A stretch of DNA of 22,674 nt from Bdellovibrionota bacterium (GTDB taxonomy: Bacteria; Bdellovibrionota_C; UBA2361; OMII01): NCBI GenBank assembly GCA_044345405.1, contig JBIJBE010000051.1, forward strand, positions 1-22,674, read 5' to 3'. The position numbers were made by a program, and so were the translations under genes. The notes under the pieces were generated by a model. That model searched no databases. It worked only from the letters and a program-made list of their open reading frames with translations, and had not been told where the DNA came from. The first letter of the stretch is position 1, and every line of letters starts with the position of its first letter. Positions 17,622 through 22,674 of the stretch are shown here, piece by piece.

Positions 17622-18078
17622 GAGGCGCTTTCTCCTTGGGTCCTCTCGTCGAAGGAGCCCTTCCGGCGGAGCCGGTTGAGCGTGGTGCGGTTTTTCAGCG
17701 TCACGTCAGCAAAGTGTTCCGCACTTTTGAGATATGATGCCCAAACCTTGGAAAAATCTCGCCAGGTCGACGGGATTTTTTCCGAATTTTTCGTCCACTC
17801 TCTACTCTCCGAAGAGAGTCCTATCGCTACAACGTAGAAAATTCGAGAGCGGTCTACAAATGTGACTGAATTCGAACGTTTGAACAATCCCAAAACGGCT
17901 CTCGCCAAGCATTTCCTTCTTAGTGGGCATAGCGGAGGAACGCCTCCGAAAGTTGAGGATATGGCGTGCATTTCGGAGGCGTCGGGAACGAAAGTTTTCT
18001 CTTTGTTTAGTGTATGTTTCGGTCTCCATTTTGGACAACGCTCTTGCTGTTGGTGTCAGAGTGCAGTACACGGGTCTT

Positions 18079-18570
18079 ATGCTGTGGAAATTCAAGAAGC
18101 CGGATCCTCAAACCCCTCCAGTGAACGCCACGCCTCATGCGCCTTCGCCGCACTCTCAGGGAGTCGTGGATGGAGAGCGGATCGGTCTTAACGGGTCGGC
18201 AAAGGTCGAGAATACTGATGTTGTTACCCGAAATCCGGTGGGGAGTTTCGTTATTCCAGCATCTTATCGGGTGTCCGGAACCATCGTAACCCCCCGTCAC
18301 GTGGTTGTAGAGGGGCACCTTCAGGGAGCTGCTCTTGTGGCTCCAACCGTTCATGTGTCCAGTTCCGGGCGATTGAACGTCCCGACCCAAGCGGCGACGG
18401 TCACCGTTTCGGGGGTTGTTGAGCAGCCGGTTTCGGCGCGCGAGGTCCTAGAAATTCGTAGTGGTGGCTCGTTGCGAGCTGACGTTGAAGCGGGAACCTT
18501 GAATATCCAGCCGGGGGGGCAGATCTCAGGCGCTCGCCTCGCCATTGGCCCCCTTCGGGCGCACGAGTAG
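18079..18570 (+). CDS. Bactofilin (polymer-forming cytoskeletal protein)
   Basis: Beta-helix repeats (VSGTIV, VVVEGHLQG, VTVSGVVE, LEIRSGGSLRADVEAGTLNIQPGGQISG). MLWKFKK membrane-targeting-like N-terminus at ATG 18079. Confidence 0.85.
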   Translation: MLWKFKKPDPQTPPVNATPHAPSPHSQGVVDGERIGLNGSAKVENTDVVTRNPVGSFVIPASYRVSGTIVTPRHVVVEGHLQGAALVAPTVHVSSSGRLNVPTQAATVTVSGVVEQPVSAREVLEIRSGGSLRADVEAGTLNIQPGGQISGARLAIGPLRAHE

Positions 18571-18695
18571 TTGTTGTAACGACCGGTGTTCTCTAGAAGA
18601 AGGGATTAGGGTGCCCCAAAACTAGTTCATTCCCGAATCTTCGCCCCGTCAATAAGGCGATAGATTCACACTTATCCCCAATAACCACAGGCAAT

Positions 18696-18724
18696 AAAAA
18701 AGGCGACCATGTGGTCGCCTTTTT
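18696..18724. terminator. Bidirectional rho-independent terminator
   Basis: AAAAAA-GGCGACC-ATGT-GGTCGCC-TTTTT between the convergent bactofilin and rplS genes. Confidence 0.85.
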
Positions 18725-18743
18725 CGTACGAAAGCCAGGGAGC

Positions 18744-19181
18744 TTACGCCGCCTGAGTACCGCTGCCCTCGCTCTTGATCGGAGCGTTGTAGAGGGTCTT
18801 CATACGGGTAGCCTTTCCGCGAAGCGGTCGGATGTAGAACAAACGAGCGCGACGTACTTTAGCGCGGGTCATTACCTCAACCTTCTCAACTCGTGGAGAG
18901 TGGAGAGGGAAGGTACGCTCTACGCCGATGTTGTAAGAAACCTTACGAACGGTGAACGTGGCATCGATGCTGTTCCTCTTGCTGCGCTTGAGAACGAGAC
19001 CCTCGAAAACCTGGATACGCTCCTTGGTTCCCTCGATGATCTTCGCGTGAACGCGAACAACATCACCTGGCTTGAAGTCAGGGATGTCCGACTTAGCGAA
19101 TGAACTCGTTACGCTCTTGATAGCGCTCTCAAGGGTTAACTTACCCTGTGTTGTCTTGGTGGTCTCTTCACCAGTTGTCAT
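18744..19181 (-). CDS. rplS: 50S ribosomal protein L19
   Basis: [44 protein letters not shown] and KVRRARLFY motifs. ATG at 19181 with SD GGGAG. Confidence 0.97.
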   Translation of the reverse strand: MTTGEETTKTTQGKLTLESAIKSVTSSFAKSDIPDFKPGDVVRVHAKIIEGTKERIQVFEGLVLKRSKRNSIDATFTVRKVSYNIGVERTFPLHSPRVEKVEVMTRAKVRRARLFYIRPLRGKATRMKTLYNAPIKSEGSGTQAA

Positions 19182-19542
19182 ATCGAACTCCCGTATCTGC
19201 ACGTCGTGACTCAATCTATCTACCAAGGACTATCCACCATCCATCGAAATTTCCCCGTCTTGTAACAGGTGTATCGATGTTTCGCTAAAGGAGGTCAGGA
19301 GCCGATTTTTGGTTCTTTTTCCTGACTTTGCGTCGCTTGGAGTCTTGCTAAAAAGCCACACTTCAATCAAACAATGAGTGGAGGTTGTAGCACAGTCAGG
19401 ATCGTAGTTCAATGAATGGGCCCGGCTGTGTTTCTAACTTTCTTGTGCTGCGCACCGGTTGTTTTTCTGGTTGGGTGCATGACGCAGGGTGCGGTTTAAA
19501 GACCTGAATTTACTTGGAGTTTCTGTGAAGCCACCAATTCCG

Positions 19543-19845
19543 ATGATCAAAAAGCTGAAGCGAAAGAAGAGCTCCCGTCCCGCATGGACAGAGTCTCAAA
19601 CTGCTCGCTACAAGGAATTGGTGAATAAGCTTGAGGGGTTAGGGTACGTCGTTCGTCGTGAGGAGCTTAAGAGAGGTCACTGTTGGAAGGTTTTGAGTGG
19701 TGTGTGCCGCTCCCTTACGCAGAAGTTCATCTTCGTTGATAGCCGACTTAATCCTGATGAGCAGGTCGCGTTCCTCTCAGCTAAGTTTACCGATATCGAG
19801 CTTTCAGACGCGCCGATCGGACAGGCTCTGACCAGCGCCGCATAA
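19543..19845 (+). CDS. Small hypothetical protein
   Basis: LEGLGYVVRREELK...SGVCR....IFVDSRL pattern looks protein-like. Start ambiguous (GTG 19489 or ATG 19543). Confidence 0.7.
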   Translation: MIKKLKRKKSSRPAWTESQTARYKELVNKLEGLGYVVRREELKRGHCWKVLSGVCRSLTQKFIFVDSRLNPDEQVAFLSAKFTDIELSDAPIGQALTSAA

Positions 19846-19947
19846 TCGTCTAAATCCGAACCCTTCGCGGAGTAAAAACTCGAGGGGATTTCCCCCGCGT
19901 TCAGGCGCCTTGGAGCGGGAAAATTTTTCCTCCGCTACGGTTGCTAA

Positions 19948-21060
<1,113 letters not shown>

Positions 21061-21099
21061 CGAGTAAGGCGAGAGTAGTAGGAGAGGGAGCAAGACGAC

Positions 21100-21990
21100 A
21101 TGTCGACGGGGGTCTCGGAGAGAAAAAAGATAGCGGCGCTCTCTTTTGGCCTTCTCTGTTGCTCATTGCTTCTCACCGCGTACAGCGCTCGGCATCCCTC
21201 CTTCGCTCGGGTCGGAACCGCGGCTCTCTTTGAGGTTATCGCGCCTCTCCATGCGGCGGTCGACTTCGCTGAGGATTCGACTCGCTCAGTATGGGGTGGA
21301 TACGTAGGGCTCGTTGGAGTCTCAGAGGAGAATGAACAGCTTCGCGTTCGCATCTCCGAACTTGATGGTGAACGAGGACTCCTCGAGGAGTTTAAGCGAG
21401 AAAACGACAGGCTCCGAGCGCTCCTCGATCTCAATTCAGTGTCTCAGCTTCAAGGTGTAGCCGCGAATGTGATCGGTGATGAGCCGAGTGGGTGGGGCCA
21501 AGGCGTGATCGTGAATCGAGGAAGTCTGATGGGGGTGCGCGTCGGTATGGCGGTCGTTCATCCTCGCGGCGTTGTGGGGCAGGTCGTCGCCGTGAGCCCG
21601 AACTACTCGCACGTCCTTCTTATCACCGACCATTCAAGCGGCGTTGATGTGATGACCCAGGACTCCCGTGTTCGTGGCGTTGTTGAGGGCGTGGGCGCCG
21701 ATCACTGTGAGTTGCGATACGTCAGTAAGCAAACCCCAGTTCGAGTGGGAGATACGATCGTCACCTCCGGCATGGATGGCGTTTTTCCAAAGGGGCTGAT
21801 CGTTGGGGTTATTACGAGGGTCGCCGTTGAGACGGGAACGCTCCTGCAGAACGTTGAGGTAAAGGTCTCGGTTGACCTCGATAAGCTTGAGGAGGTTTTG
21901 ATCGTCACGGGTGAGCAGCACCAACCAGCGAAGGTCGAAGAGGCTCAATCGCTGGGTAAATCTGGCAAGCAGGGTAAACGGAGGGAGTAA
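21100..21990 (+). CDS. mreC: Rod shape-determining protein MreC
   Basis: TM plus coiled coil (ENDRLRALL), NRGS..GV..GMAV, VLLITD and GD.IVTSG.DGVFPKG; follows mreB. Confidence 0.96.
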   Translation: MSTGVSERKKIAALSFGLLCCSLLLTAYSARHPSFARVGTAALFEVIAPLHAAVDFAEDSTRSVWGGYVGLVGVSEENEQLRVRISELDGERGLLEEFKRENDRLRALLDLNSVSQLQGVAANVIGDEPSGWGQGVIVNRGSLMGVRVGMAVVHPRGVVGQVVAVSPNYSHVLLITDHSSGVDVMTQDSRVRGVVEGVGADHCELRYVSKQTPVRVGDTIVTSGMDGVFPKGLIVGVITRVAVETGTLLQNVEVKVSVDLDKLEEVLIVTGEQHQPAKVEEAQSLGKSGKQGKRRE

Positions 21991-22505
21991 TGGCGAAGGG
22001 ATTGTTGTCACTCCTCTACGCGCTTCTCGCGATCGCGCTCCAAGGCATCGTTGGTCACCTCGGTTTGGCTGATCGATTTATTCCGCAATTTCTCGTCATC
22101 TTTGTGGTGTATCTCTCCTTCGCGGAGGCGAACGCGTTTGGAAGTGTGATGTCCTTTATCGTCGGGCTCCTCCTCGATTTTTCCTCGGCCGTGCTCGTTG
22201 GTCCGTGGGCGGGATCGTTCGTTGTGATCTTCTGTGTGCTGGCGCTCCTTTCGCGTCGACTCTTCATCGATTCCGGTCTAGCCGCGATGGTAATCACATT
22301 CGCCTCGGTGGTATGCGCGAACGTTCTCTTTTCGGTCTTTGGTGACGAATATCCGGTGCTGACGTGGGAATATCCTCAGAGGGTTTTGGGGCAGGCGTTG
22401 AGTACGGCTCTCGTGGCGCCTATCGTTCTAGGTTTCCTCTCTCGTCGGTGGCGGCGGCCCAACGGGGCTTACGCTGGACGAGGAACATCGGTATCGGCGG
22501 TCTAG
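21990..22505 (+). CDS. mreD: Rod shape-determining protein MreD
   Basis: Hydrophobic 171 aa with GLLLD motif; TAATG overlap with mreC. Confidence 0.9.
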   Translation: MAKGLLSLLYALLAIALQGIVGHLGLADRFIPQFLVIFVVYLSFAEANAFGSVMSFIVGLLLDFSSAVLVGPWAGSFVVIFCVLALLSRRLFIDSGLAAMVITFASVVCANVLFSVFGDEYPVLTWEYPQRVLGQALSTALVAPIVLGFLSRRWRRPNGAYAGRGTSVSAV

Positions 22506-22508
22506 GTC

Positions 22509-22674
22509 ATGGCGTCATTTGAGCGACCATCATTGAACGTCAGCACCAGGGCGTGGATAGCGTTAGGGATCTGCGCGACCTGTCTCTTTGTGTTGGCGCT
22601 CCGCCTCTGGCATCTCCAGATCATTAATGGACACGTGTTCCGCGACCGCTCTGAGAATAACCGTCTTCGCATGG
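22509..22674 (+). CDS. mrdA: Penicillin-binding protein 2, N-terminal part (truncated by window end)
   Basis: Own translation MASFERPSLNVSTRAWIALGICATCLFVLALRLWHLQIINGHVFRDRSENNRLRM matches the RL..LQI..G......SENNR motif; follows mreD. Confidence 0.9.
   Translation, partial: MASFERPSLNVSTRAWIALGICATCLFVLALRLWHLQIINGHVFRDRSENNRLRM

Noticed and set aside
17618-18191. Short ORFs and the extended 17923 start for bactofilin
   Set aside because: AT-richer divergent promoter region. ATG 18079 gives a typical bactofilin N-terminus.
18711-19103. 130-aa + strand ORF
   Set aside because: Antisense shadow of rplS.

Overview
A bacterial chromosomal window of mostly housekeeping and envelope genes. The protein styles suggest a deltaproteobacterial or Bdellovibrionota-like organism, which is inference only. 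From left to right: two hypotheticals; a winged-helix-like regulator divergent from a pspA/IM30 plus membrane-protein operon; a secreted GH-A-like protein; hslR; yraN-rnhB; a REP-like inverted doublet; a LOG-family gene; a degenerate ABC-ATPase-like membrane protein; a GNAT; ahpC; a three-domain fusion of heptose adenylyltransferase, GmhB and a His-less histidine-kinase-like domain; an inverted hexamer-repeat element; a stand-alone PBP transpeptidase divergent from a bactofilin; an isolated rplS; and mreBCD with the start of mrdA. The most notable items are the ADP-heptose enzyme/pseudokinase fusion, the PspA module with a palindromic operator and an apparently leaderless regulator, and two small non-coding inverted-repeat elements. 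I saw no CRISPR array, rRNA, tRNA or transposase.
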